Source of the DNA: Cenococcum geophilum
Lineage: Eukaryota
Reading direction: 5' to 3'
Assembly (NCBI GenBank): GCA_050273025.1
Contig: CP158636.1
Coordinates: 1,736,001-1,800,000, forward strand
Length of the DNA: 64,000 bases
Position 1 is the stretch's first letter, and every line of letters starts with the position of its first letter. The position numbers were made by a program, and so were the translations under genes. Shown piece after piece: positions 36,761 through 50,233 of this stretch. Below the pieces are notes generated by a model. That model searched no databases, was not told the DNA's origin, and worked only from the letters and a program-made list of their open reading frames with translations.

Positions 36761-39700
36761 TATTAGATAATCTATATTCTCTAGAGGCGTAGACCGTACA
36801 CGAGTCACGTGCACGAGTCACGTATAGTATAAACCTCTTCATCTAAGCCTAAGGGCCCTAGGTCCAAAATCAATCAACCTTAAGACAAGATTATCAATTA
36901 ATCAACCTATTTTATTAATGAATAGCTTAATACGAGTTACGTAACAGTTATAAGCCCGGTCCGCCGACTTAAGAAGCTATTCAGCTATTACTTATTATTT
37001 AAAGAAATTCTACCTCATCCTTACAGGACGATCCTAATACGAATATCGGTTAAAGGACAACCCTAACACAAATATCGGTCAAAGAACGATCCTAACATAA
37101 GCATCCTTATCGTCAAAGGATAATCCTAACAACAGGACAATCCTAATAACGAAATTCTACCTTATTATTAGACTCTGACACCTTATTATCAAGACGCAGA
37201 CTAATAGAAATCCTACCTTAATTATTACAGGACAAGATTCTACGAGATTCCACGAGATTCTATAAGATTTCACCTTAATTATTAAAGGACGATTCTGACG
37301 ACTAGGATAATCCTAACAATAAGGACAATCCTAATAACAAAATACCATCTTAATTTCTCCTTTGCCTATTAGTCAAATAACACTACCATTAAGTTTGTTA
37401 ACTATAATTATCCTTAATAAGCCAGAAGACTAGGAATAATAGCTATGGCAGCTCCGAGCCCTTATAAATCAGTAAATTTGGGCCTATATTAACCCAGCCA
37501 TAAAAGTACCTCAAGAAGGTCTACTTAAAAAACCACCTCTTCCAAAGGTCATAGATTTTAATAAGAATGTAACCTTATATGCATAGCTCTTAACGAATTA
37601 ATAGAGGGCGTACAAAAACAGCAGATGATACTACAACTAAGATATAAAGTACTTCCTAAAATAGGAAGAGTATCTACAACAGATACAAACCCAGATTACG
37701 TCTATAGTATTAATTTAAAAGAAGCTACTGCTTAACCCTTCCTTAATAGTTAAAGAATGGCTATCTTAACTAAAGGAGAACACCAAACCTACCTTATCAT
37801 TTATTAAAAAGAAGGTATAATACTAGTACACAGAAGCCCTTAAGGGGTTTAAACAGTTGTCAAAATTAAATCTATAGCTAAATCAATGGGAATATATAAT
37901 GGTACTAGGAGAGAAGTATAAGATCCCTTAAATGTCAGAAGGAATCTGGCTTTAAGATTTAGCAGACATTATTCGACCTTTTAGTAACACCTACTATGTG
38001 AAGTACACTACCGAGTCAAATGACCCTTAGAAGTCGAGATCTTCCAAATACCGTAGAGTAGTAAAGGAGCTATAAGAAGGACTTATAAGACCCTTAAAGA
38101 AAGCTAATACTACTATAAGGGGGAGTACCTTTAATACAGACTTCGTAGAGTAAGCCATTAAGGATCACTCTAATACTACTAAAGGTTTACAAAGAGGAGC
38201 CTTAGCACATAATAGACGCTTAAAGAGAGCCAGGACACTAGTAGATAAGGAGACATCCTATAAGAAGCTAACGCCTAAGTGCTTAGCGTGCGGAATACGA
38301 GGACACTCCCTTAAGGACTATTAGTATTTATTTAAAGATAAGAGACCTATAGGAGTCACAATAGAAGATGCTCGCATTAAAAAGGCACTAAAGAAGGTAA
38401 AAAAGAATAAGGACCTTACTAACTAAGTTATAAAGATCAGACTTAAAGAACAAGAAGACAAAGCTTAATAACGATAGGACAAGAGCCAGGAAGTTAAGAT
38501 TAAGGGAAAAACTAATACAATATTCCTAGAATTGTATCACACCGGTCAACTCTATCCATTAAAGCTATTAACTATTCTTAACTCAGAAACCACTCTCCAC
38601 ATCTTTAATAACCTCTCTCGTTTTTATAATTTTAAGAAAGCTTTAAAATATAAATATATTATCGCCGGCAGCTTACAAGTGCCTATACTAGGCTATAGCG
38701 ACATCACTATCTAAGTCATAAAACTAGATAAGAGCAAAGGAATCCTACGTCTTAAGGACGTTGCCTTTTATACGGACTTTAATACAAATCTAGTGTCGTT
38801 CCGTCTACTTCAAAAACGAGGATACTACTAGGACAATAAAGGAGACAACAATCTTCTCGTTTAAAAGGATAATACAATCCTATATTAAATGGAAGAACAT
38901 TATAGATAATAGACTATCAAATACGTCTAATCAGGAAACTTAAAATCCGCATTCAATATCAGCCGTTTAACGCGCCGTTAACGGAAGCGGATATTGTTAA
39001 GAGACGCATATCCAGACTTAAAAGGAGATACACGTCTATAGCATCTGCGTCTAGGTTATCTAGGACCTATAAGCCTTTATTATCTAGGTCTTAACGCCCT
39101 AGAAGTTAAGCTTTAAGGCCTAAAGACGACGGAATATTAACACTGCAGTCTCGCTAAAATTAAGCGTCAGGTCTTACGAAGGTTCTCAAAACGGAAAATT
39201 AATAAACCCTATCTTGACCTCCATATTAACTGGACTAACCTTAAGGAAGCGCATACTGGATTTGTACGAGTTATGTTTATCCACAATACCTTCTTAGGAA
39301 GAACCTTCTCGTATTTTATAACAACGCATAGCAAGGAGAAGGAGACACTATAAGTGCTTAAAGATTTTATATAATAGATTCGTCTAAGGTATAACCTTAA
39401 AGTTAATACTATTAGATTAGATAACGAGCTAGGGAGAAGGAGAACCCTTAAATAGCTACGGACGTAAGGGATTACATTTAAGCCTTCGGCGCCATATACG
39501 TAAGTATAAAACGGTACCGCCAAACGCTTAGGGGGTGTTATTATTGAGAAAGGACGTGCTATAAGAATTACTACTAATCTACCACATAATCTATGGAACG
39601 AGATAGTTAACTATATAGTATACCTTCGAGATTAAACGCTACAAGAAAGTAATGGATAGAAATCGCTATATAAGAGGTTCTATACCTACCTAGCAAATAG

Positions 39701-42606
39701 GAGATTAAGAAAACCGTAACTAGCGTACCTAAAAGCCTATAGCTATAGAGTATACGTAATAACGTCGGACGCCTAGCTAAAGAAGAAAAGGCTAAGTAAG
39801 CTAGATCTATAAGCTTATATTAGCTACCTCATTAGCTATAACTCTACTAATATCTATAGGATCTAGATCCCATATAAGGGTATCGTTATCTCTATAAGGG
39901 ATGTTATCTTTAACAAAAAGATATTCTTTAACGGCAAGCGAATGGATATCTCAGAGGACCTACACGCCGAATTAGATATACTAATTAAGAAGATTTAACT
40001 ACCTGATACCTAGACTAAGAATAAGGTCCTTCTAAAAGATAATAAAGAAGTACTTAAACCATCAATTTAAGAGGAAGATGACGACGTTAATGAGCCAGTT
40101 TAAGCCTTTAATAAGTTAGCAGATCTCGAGCTTACAAGAGCCCTTAAAGATACGTACTATATACCACCTCTAACAGAAGAAGACGAAGAATCTCCATATA
40201 CCTTTTACGTCGAGTATCCTACAAAGTTAGATGTATAAGGTACTAATTAAGACGTCGCTTATTAAGCAGGAGATGCGTTTAACACTTAGGGGGTGCCTAA
40301 TGACTTAGTTAAAGACTTATTTAAGGAAGCCAGCAATAATAGGTTTAAAGACTTTATTACTAAAAGGATCACGTTAACCTATTACGGCGCCTTCTTAGTA
40401 GGAAGGAAGTTTAACCTTAATAGTTAACTTAATAATAGCAAGCTAAAATCAGGCAGAATACGCGATGTTAGATTATATAGGAAGAACTTACCTCCGCTAC
40501 CCTAGTCAATCTGGGACCTTAATACGCATCCTCTTTAAGATTAGTTCTAAGAGGCTTAACAAGCCTATCTTCAATCTTATCATCAAATGAGGTCGTTTTA
40601 AGAAACAGATAAGAAGTATGTAAAGGGATAGCAGGTCCTTAGCTTAATATAGGTATTCGTCTATAAGATAGATAAGTACGGATTTCTCTAGAAATATAAG
40701 GCACGCTTAATAGTCTGCGGAAATCAATAGGCCCTAGGAGACCTACCTACAAGAGCTACTACATTAGCTAGTACGACCTTCCGAACCCTTATAGCGATCA
40801 CTACAAAATTCGACCTAGAGACAACATAGATAGATACAGTTAATGCGTTTGTTTATTGCGATCTTAACAAGGTCATCTATATAAAGCTACCGCTAGGGTT
40901 CAATAAAGGAAAGATAGACAAAGTACTACGCTTAAGAAAAGCCCTATACGGACTATAACGATTACCACTACTATAGCAGAAGAATCTTACGAGCTTATTA
41001 AACGAATTAGGTTTTAAAGAAGTACCCTAGGAGCCGTATATTATGCTAAAAGGTAAAATAGTCGTCTTCTTCTACATTAACAATATTGTCTTCTGCTACC
41101 GAAAGACAAATAAGAAGAAAGCTTAAGAAGCAATTAAGGAGCTAAGCAAGGAATACCAGATAAGTACCCTTAGCGAGCTAAAATAGTTCCTAGGAATTTA
41201 CGTGCTACGCAATTATAGCTAAAGGCTCCTATGGCTATCCTAGGAAGCCTATATAGAGAAGATAGCTAATTAGTATAAGATAGATCTCAGAGGGCGTCTT
41301 CTAGACACTCCTATGGTAGAATCAGAACTCCTCCCTACTGATCACCGTATAATCCGTCTGACGCCTCCGTCCCCCAATATAGACCTATTAGTCCGTCCTA
41401 TATCCCTACCAGCCTCTACGATGCTATATTAGAGAAAATTAGGTTCAGTACTCTATATAGCCACTATAACGCGTCCAGATATTGCCTTCGCAGTATTACG
41501 GCTAGTAAGGTTCAATTAGAACCTAAGCTAAGAGTATTATTAAGCGGTAGAAAGAGTCATCCAGTACCTATATAGCACGAGAAGCAGAGCAATCTGCTAT
41601 GGAGGAGATAAGGAAGGAATGAACGGTAAAGGGAGAGATAAAGGAATATGTAATAAAGGACGAGACGACGGAAGAGACGGTGCGCAATCATTTATCTATA
41701 CTAGCGACGCATTATTCACGGACAACTCTATTAACAAAAAGAGCTCGTAAGGATACATTATAAAGCTATTTAGGGGGCCGATTGCCTAGAGAGCAAATAA
41801 GCAGGGTATAGTTACAACGTTAAGCATAGAAGCTAAGTTATTAGCCCTATTATAGACAGTAAAGGAAGCTATCTTTATTAGCAGGCTGTTTAAAGTAATA
41901 ACGCTACGCCTAAACAAGCCCTTAATTATCAAATGCGATAACACCTAGACACTCTAACTAATCACAGAAGACACGGCAAAGCTGATTACGAAGCTCCGAC
42001 ACATTAATATCCATTAACACTAGCTACGTCAGGAATACACAATGAGACGAGTATAATTTCAATGGATAGCGACGAAGGAGATAATCGCTGATAGACTTAC
42101 GAAGGCCCTGCCCAAGTAGAGGTTTTAAAGCTTCGTTAATATAATCGGAATAGTGGATATTAAGGAGCGGCTAAATAAGGAGAAGCAACTAGATGACCTT
42201 AGGGACAGTATTAGAGCAAAACGGAAGAATTTAGATGAGATTATGGTTTAATTAACGCATTAACGAGCACGAGAAGGGTCACTAAGGCGCTAGCCGTAAG
42301 CGAGCTAATAGCGATTTTCTATACCGGGCATAGAAAATCCTGATTGGTTAGCAGAAGTTGGCAGAATTTAGTAGAAAGATGGTTAGCTTTAACCTCAAAG
42401 AGCTCGAAGCTAAGGGGGTGTATCAGATAATCTGTATTCTCTGGAGGCGTAGACCGTACACAAGTCACGTACACAAGTCACGTATAGTATAAACCTCTTC
42501 ATCTAAGCCCGAGGGCCCTAGGTCCAAAATCAATTAACCTTAAAACAAGATCATTAATCAATTAACCCATTTCATCAATGAACAGCTCAATACGAGTTAC
42601 GTAACA
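36761..42606 (+). mobile_element. Full-length Ty1/Copia retrotransposon inserted in Crypton unit 1
   Basis: 186-bp LTRs at 36761-36946 and 42421-42606; TSD GTACC. PBS GTTATAAGCCC (RIPped GGTTATGAGCC type); PPT AAGGGGGTG. GAG-pre-integrase LWHLRLGH ~39040, integrase ~39210-39650, RT FYVDD-like ~41070, RNase H SDAxFxDN ~41705. Confidence 0.96.
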
Positions 42607-42718
42607 GTACCTTTGCACGCGATTTTAGGCGAAAAGGTACATAATTTAAGTTAGATCGGTACTTCTGGACGGTTGCGTAATATTGCTCTAAATTTTAAAC
42701 ACCTAAACGCGTGCCATT

Positions 42719-42960
42719 CCTATATTAAGGCGTCTCAGTTACTGTAATATAGTCCTATATTAAGACGTCTTGGTCGCTAGAGTATAGTCCTATATTAAGG
42801 CGTCTTAGTTACTATAGTATAGTCTTATATTAAGGCGTCTCGGTTACTACAGTGTAGTCTTATATTAAGGCGTCTCGGTCACTACAGTAGTCCTATATTA
42901 AGACGTCTTGGTTACTACAGTGCAGTCCTACATTAAGGCGTCTCGGTTACTGTAGTAGTT
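42719..42960. repeat. Seven 33-35-bp tandem repeats downstream of the Crypton ORF; also at ~46240-46480, ~49907-50148 and ~53459-53700
   Basis: Unit CCTATATTAAGGCGTCTCGGTTACTRYAGTRTAGT, followed by (TA)n. Confidence 0.93.
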
Positions 42961-43043
42961 CTATAGTAAGATAGTATTATATATATATATATACTGTTTA
43001 ATACAGAGCCTTTCCCTCCCTCCCCCACCCTAAGAGCTAGCAG

Positions 43044-45614
43044 TTAGATATTCTTATAAAGCCAATCTAAAGAACGCCGGCCCTATAGCTGCTCTAGCTA
43101 GTTAATAGCCTATCTCTTATCTCTTACTATACCGTCTTTTACGCACCGTCTTATATCCTTAATTATCTTATGGCGACGGCTATAGAATATAGCCTCGCCG
43201 TTAACCCGCTAGCGCGCCCCCTAACAGCGATTAAGAGCTTTAATTAACGGCCTACCCGCTAGCCCTAAAGTCCACTTAGCCTAGAGCTAGAATACTAAAT
43301 TACCGCCCTAAAGTATCTTATATTTTCTTAGCAGCGCCTATAGGTTAAGGATAAATAGGAGAGGTGGTTAAGTATCTGCTTACGCCTATGCTAATAGGGG
43401 TAGCGCGGATATAGTAGATGGCTAAGCGGGTAGTATAGATATAGTAGATAGCTAAGTAGGGGGTACGGATATAGCAGATAGCTAAGTAGGGGGTGCGGAT
43501 ATAGTAGATAGCTAAGTAGGGGGTGTAGATATAGTAGATAGCGGAGTAGGGGGTGCGGATATAGTAGATAGCTAAGTAGGTAGCGCGGATATAGTAGACG
43601 TTATAGTAGACGTTATGGTAGATGGTGGATATATAGACTCTATAAGCCCTATCTAGATACCCGTCTTTCTTTACTAGATCTATATAGGTATAGGTATAAA
43701 TAATACTAATAACCTTTTTATCTTGCTAAGGCGTTTTAAAATCGTATATACGTATAACTAAACCCCCTTAATCTTTAAGATTGCGGCCTTATATCTTAGC
43801 TTAGCTACGGCCTTATAGGCGGGCCAGTATTTCCGCATTATTAGTTTATTTAGCGTAACTACATTAGCTAGCGAGCTTTTTACCCATGCGGTAAACCTTT
43901 AGTACTCCTTATAGCCAAAAAGGGAGTCCTTTTATAGGGGGTGGAGCGGGAACTACTTACGTAGGATTACTAAGTCCTATAATAGGATTACCCTAAGCGT
44001 ATAGAGGAGGCGTAGAAATCCTAAGCCTATAAGGTTAAGCTATATAACCTTATTATCAGCCCTATCTAGGTAGTAGGTCTCTATACGTTTTAGCTAGACG
44101 TTAGTCTTAGGCCATATCTTTAAGTAAAGGGCCTCCTTTAGCACCTCTCGCGCGCGGGGAAGAAAGTAGCCCTTTTCCTTCTTTAAGAAGCCGGTAATTA
44201 ACCATATAAACGTACGGGGTAGGTAGCTAAGGTAGGCTCCTATTATTGCGTCCGTATTTTAGCGTCTAGCCTATCTAATTTAGGTTTCCTTAACGCCGCT
44301 AAGCTTAGTATGCCAGACGCTTTACTTACAGGCGCTATAGGTCTTCTCTTTTAAGTAAATCCCTACCCCCTAGAACATCTTCTTATTCTATTTAAACTGC
44401 GTATAATAGCTTAGCGGCCATTACGGTACTTTAATACTGCTAGGGAAGACGTATAGGTTATAGTAGTCCTCTAGCTACCAAAAGGATAGGAAGCTCTTAG
44501 CGCCGTCTTTACCCTAGCGGTTAAAGAAGTAAAAGGCTATTATAGAGAGAGGGTAGAAGATGGGGTTAGTATTGCGTATATAGCCTATATACTTAACCTT
44601 ACTATACTAATTCTGCTTCCCCTATATTATTAACATAATTATATACGGCGCTAGCTTATCTAGTTTAGGCCCTTTATTCTTTAGTTTAATAAGGATAAAG
44701 TTAGCAAGCTAAATATCCCATCTACTTTCACCCTAAGTAATAGTAGTATAGCCTAAGAAAAGGAATAGGTTAAAAAATAGTAGCTATATAGACTAGTAAT
44801 ATACAAACCTAATAAATACTCGGCCGTAGTTTAAAGGTAAGACTTAACTAAACCTAGCATTTTAGAGCCCGTCTCCTAGCACTAAGTAATTACCCTTTTA
44901 AGCCCTTTAACGTTATAGCCGCTAGTAATTATAAATAGGCCTTAGTTAATAAAGTTAACGTATTAAATCCAGTCCTTATTACGGTAAACGCTGTTTAGTA
45001 CCGCTAAGAGCTTTACCCCCTATAGTGGCTGCAAGGCCTTACCTTCTAATTACTATATATAGAGCTTAGTAATAGCGGAGATATAGCTATTTATAACTAA
45101 GTATCGGATTATTTTGTTAAAAAGGGCGTTTAGGGCCTCCTTGTCCTATATCTCTCCTTCCTTATCCTTTATAGCTTCTTCCCCTATAGCTGCGGCTGCC
45201 CCTATAGCTGCCTTCCCCCCTAGCTGCCTTTCTGCCTTAGCCGTCTTCTACCTCTTCTTTACCCGCTTATTATCTTTCCATATCTCTTTCTATTTTAACT
45301 TACGTTTTTAATAGCTAGCGGCCCGTAATTCTTAGTTAATAACTTACTACTCTAGAAATAGGTAAAGCTTATCTTCTATTACCCGGGCGCCGTCTATATT
45401 ACCTTTTAGTCTCGCGTACTAGTCTTCCTACTCTTTTTGCTTTGGCTTATACGCCCTTATAGTATTCTTTAAGCGCTAGGCCTTATAAATATCCTATAGC
45501 TATACTATCTAGGCCTTAAATTCGCTCTAGAGGCTATAAGGGGGGGGAGGCTAGGGGGGCTTCCTTTAGCCGTAAAGTGGACTATAGGGTAAGAAGATTC
45601 TTAAAAGACTCTAT
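43044..45614 (-). pseudogene. Crypton tyrosine recombinase (Ndc10-II-like) with C-terminal GCR1_C domain, unit 1
   Basis: Consensus of four copies after RIP reversal: RxKNTxRAYxPKQKEWEDWC..DGxxVTEDKL, LLRGESRR, KTHSARK..IRRAxRWNTDAMxGAYL, GYFLPRAR..LRVILLQDS..FPLHPLW, and GCR1_C LWAEWTLGLAGxPSIEALDRxWGARWR..FYSRRRKII. Confidence 0.9.
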
Positions 45615-46564
45615 ATCTATAAAAGGTAAGGGGGAGATATATAAGCGCGGCGCGGGTAAATAAAGCTACCGAACGCGTAAATATTACAGGAGAAGAAGAA
45701 GAAAGCTCTATATTATAGAATTAGAATTATAGTAAGCCTTTCTATATAAAATTAGAAGCCCTATATAAGCTATCGCGGGCATAAAAATAGTAGAGGGTTA
45801 GAAAATAGATTGTTAAGGCGACGATAAGGTTAAAGGCGCGCTAAGGCCCTCTATACTAACCCAGTACTAACCTAGGCCTTAAAAACGCGTCTAAAAAGTA
45901 GGGGCCACTACCTAGGGGGGGTATAATATTTAGATAATATGTTAAGGACCTTAGGGGCTTATGCGTAACCTAAGGTTATACTAAGCCTAACTTAGACCTC
46001 CGATACCTATTACATATTAGGGGGAGTTATTTAGCTTAGTTATGGCCTAGGTTAATATAAGGTTAGGGCCACCCCTACTAATAATTAGCGCGAACCCCAT
46101 ATAAGGTCGCGCAGCGACCGCCCCCAAGTACCTTTGCACGCGATTTTAGGCGAAAAGGTATATAATTTAAGTTAGATTAGTACTTCTAGATAGTTGCGTA
46201 ATATTACTCTAAATTTTAAACACCTAAACGTGTGCTATTCCTATATTAAGGCGTCTTAGTTACTATAATATAGTCCTATATTAAGACGTCTCGGTTACTA
46301 GAGTATAGTCCTATATTAAGGCGTCTTAGTTACTATAGTATAGTCTTATATTAAGGCGTCTTGGTTACTATAGTATAGTCTTATATTAAGGCGTCTCGGT
46401 TACTGCAGTAGTCCTATATTAAGACGTCTCGGTTACTATAGTACAGTCCTATATTAAGGCGTCTCGGTTACTATAGTAGTTCTATAGTAAGATAGTATTA
46501 TATATATATATATACTGTTTAATATAGAGCCTTTTTTTCCCTCCCCTACCCTAAGAGCTAGTAG

Positions 46565-49304
46565 TTAGATATTCTTATAAAGCTAATTTAAAGAACGCCG
46601 GCCCTATAGCTGCTCTAGCTAGTTAATAGCCTATCTCTTATCTTTTGCCATACCGTCTTTTACGCGCCGTCTTATATCCTTAATTATTTTACGGCGACGG
46701 TTATAGAATATAGCCTCGCCGTTAACCCGCTAGCGCGCCCCCTAGCAGTAATTAAGAGCTTTAATTAACAGCCTACCTACTAGCCCTAAAGTCCACTTAG
46801 CCCAGAGCTAGAATACTAAATTGCCGCCCTAAAGTATCTTATATTTTCTTAGTAGCGTCTACGGGTTAAGGATAAATAGGAGAAATAGTTAAGTATTTGC
46901 TTGCGCCTACGCTAATAGGGGCGGCGCGGATATAGTAGATAGCTAAGCAGGTAGTGTAGATATAATAGATAGCTAAGCGGGGGGTGCGGATATAGCAGAT
47001 AGCTAAGTAGGGGGTGCGGATATAGTAGATAGCTAAGTAGGGGGTGCGGATATAGTAGATAGTGGAGTAGGGGGTGCGGATATAGTAGATAGCTAAGCGG
47101 GCGGTGCGGATATGGTAGATAGCTAAGTAGGTGGCGCGGATATAGTAGACGTTATAGTAGATGTTATAGTAGACGGTGGATATATAGACTCTATAGGCCC
47201 TATTTAGATACCTATCTTTCCTTATTAGATCTATATAGGTATAGGTATAAATAATACTAATAATCTTTTTATCTTGCTAAGGCGTTTTAAGATTGTATAT
47301 ACGTGTAACTAAATCCCCTTAATCTTTAAGATTGCGGCTTTATATCTTAGCTTAGCTACGGCCTTATAGGCGGGCTAGTATTTCCGCATTATTAGTTTAT
47401 TTAGCGTAACTATATTAGCCAGTAAGCTTTTTACCCGTATAGTAAACCTTTAGTACTTCTTATAGCTAAAAAGGGAGTCTTTTTATAGGGGGTAGAGCGG
47501 GAACTGCTTATATAGGATTACTAAATCCTATAATAGAATTACCCTAAGCGTATAGAGGAGGCGTAGAAATCCTAAGCCTATAAGATTAAGCTATATAACC
47601 TTATTATTAGCCCTATCTAGGTGGTAGGTCTTTATATATTTTAGCTAGACGTTAGTTTTAGGCTATATCTTTAAGTAAAGGGCCTTCTTTAGCACCTCCC
47701 GTATGTAGGGAAGAAAGTAGCCCTTTCCTTCCTTTAGGAAGCCAGTAATTGACCATATAAACGTATAGGGTAGGTAGCTAAGGTAGGCTCCTATTATTGC
47801 GTCCGTATTCTAGCATCTGGCCTATTTAATTTAGGTCTTCTTAACGCCGCTAAGCTTGGCGTACCGGACGCTCTACTTACGGGCGCTATCCCTTCGCACG
47901 TTGGAGTCCTACACTTGGCGCCAAGCCTAGGAACATCGTGCCTAGCTGTACACACGGGCGCCCAATGCGCGCCTCTTATTGGCCAGGCCCTTATCGATAC
48001 CGTAGGACGCAAACTAACGTGCGAAGGGATAGGTCTTCTCTTTTAAGTAAATCCCTACCCCCTAGAATATCTTCTTATTTTATTTAAACTGCGTATAATA
48101 GCTTAGCGGCTATTATGGTACTTTAATGCTGCTAGGGAAGATATATAGGTTATAGTAGTCCTCTAGCTACCGAAAGGATAGGAAGCTCTTAGCGCCGTCC
48201 TTACCCTAGCGGTTAAAAAAGTAGAAGGCTATTATAGAGAGAGGGTAGAGAATAGGGTTAGTATTGCGTATATAGCCTATATACTTAACCTTGCTGTGCT
48301 AATTCTACTTCCTCTATATTATTAATATAATTATATACGGCGCTAGCTTGTCCGGTTTAGGCCCTTTATTCTTTAGTTTAATAAGGACAAAGTTAGTAAG
48401 CTAAATATCCCGTCTACTTTTACCCTAGGTAATAGTAGTATAGCCTAAGAAAAGGAATAGATTAGAAAATGGTAGCTATATAAACTAGTAATATATAAAC
48501 CTAATAAATGCTCAGCCGCAGTTTAAAGGTAAGACTTAACTAAACCTAGTATTTTAGAGCCCGTCTTCTAGCACTAAGTAATTACCCTTTTAAGCCCTTT
48601 AATGTTATAGCCGCTAGTAATTATAAATAGGCCTTAGTTAATAAAGTTAACGCGTTAAATCCAGTCCTTATTATGGCGAACGCTGTCTAGTATTACTAAG
48701 AGCTTTACCCCCCATAGCGGCTGCGAGGCCTTATCTTCTAATTACCATATATAGAGCTTAGTAATAGCGGAGATGTAGCTATTTATAACTAAGTATCGGA
48801 TTATTTTATTAAAAAGGGCGTCTAGGGCCTCCTTGTCCTATATCTCTCCTTCCTTATCCTTTATAGCTTCTTCCCCTATAGCTGCGGCTGCTCCTACGGC
48901 TACCTTCCCCCCTAGCTGCCCTCCCGCCTTAGCCGTCTTCTGCCTTTTCTTTGCCCGCTTACCATCTTTCTATATTTCTTTCCGTTTTAACTTGCGTTTT
49001 TAATAGCTAGTAGCCTATAATTCTCGGTTAATAACTTACTGCTCTAGAAATAGGTAAAGCTTATCTTCTATTACCTAGGCGCCATCTATATTGCCTTCTA
49101 GTCTCGCGTACTAGTCTTTCTACTTTTTCTACTTTAGCTTATACGCCCTTATAATATTCTTTAAGCGCTAGGCCTTATAAATATCCTATAGCCGCGCTAT
49201 TTAGGCCTTAAATTCGCTCTAGAGGCTATAGGGGGGGAGGCTAGGGGGGCTTCCTTTAGCCGTAAAGTGAACCGTAGGGTAAGAAGATTCTTAAAAGACT
49301 TTAT
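46565..49304 (-). pseudogene. Crypton tyrosine recombinase/GCR1_C, unit 2, interrupted by a MITE
   Basis: Collinear with unit 1. Confidence 0.9.
47890..48028. mobile_element. 139-bp MITE with CCC...GGG termini
   Basis: TIRs CCCTTCGCACGTT and AACGTGCGAAGGG. Absent from the other three units, whose empty site (G)GGCGCTATAGGTC implies a 2-bp AT duplication. Confidence 0.93.
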
Positions 49305-50233
49305 ATCCATAAGAGGTAAGGGGGAGACGCGTAAGTATAGCGCGGGTAAATAAAGCCACTAAACGCGTAAATATTATAGGAGAAGAAGAAGAGAGCTCTA
49401 TATTATAGAATTAGAATTGCGGTAGGCCTTTCTATATAAAATTAGAAGCCCTACGCGAGCTATCGCGGGCACGAAAATAGTAGAGGGTTAGAAAATGGAT
49501 TGTTAAGGTAATGATAAGGTTAAAGGCGCGTTAAGGCCCTCTATACTAACCTAGTACTAACCTAAGCCTTAAAAACGCGTCTAAAAAGTAGGGGCCACCA
49601 CCTAGGGGGGGTGCGATATTTGGACGATATATTAAGGACCTTAGGGGCTTATACGTAATCTAAGGTTATACTAAGCCTAACCCGGACCTCCGATACCTAT
49701 TATATATTAGGGGGGGTTATTTAACTTAGTTACGGCCTAGGTTAATACGAGGTTAGGGCCACCCCGTATAAGGTCGCGTAGCGACTACCCCTAAGTACCT
49801 TTATACGCGATTTTAGGCGAAAAGGTATATAATTTAAGTTAGATTAGTACTTCTAGATAGTCGCGTAATATTACTCTAAATTTTAAACACCTAAACGCGT
49901 GCCATTTCTATATTAAGGCGTCTTAGTTACTGTAATATAGTCCTATATTAAGACGTCTTGGTTACTAGAGTATAGTCCTATATTAAGGCGTTTTAGTTAC
50001 TATAGTATAGTCTTATATTAAGGCGTCTTGGTTACTATAATATAGTCTTATATTAAGGCGTCTCGGTTACTACAGTAGTCCTATATTAAGACGTCTTAGT
50101 TACTATAGTGTAGTCCTATATTAAGGTGTCTTGGTTACTATAGTAGTCCTATAGTAAGATAGTATTATATATATATATATATACTGTTTAATATAGAGCC
50201 TTTCCCTTTTTCCCCTACCCTAAGAGCTAGTAA

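Noticed and set aside
42719..42960. 35-bp repeats resembling a CRISPR array
   Set aside because: The units are contiguous with no unique spacers, there are no cas genes, and the context is a eukaryotic transposon.
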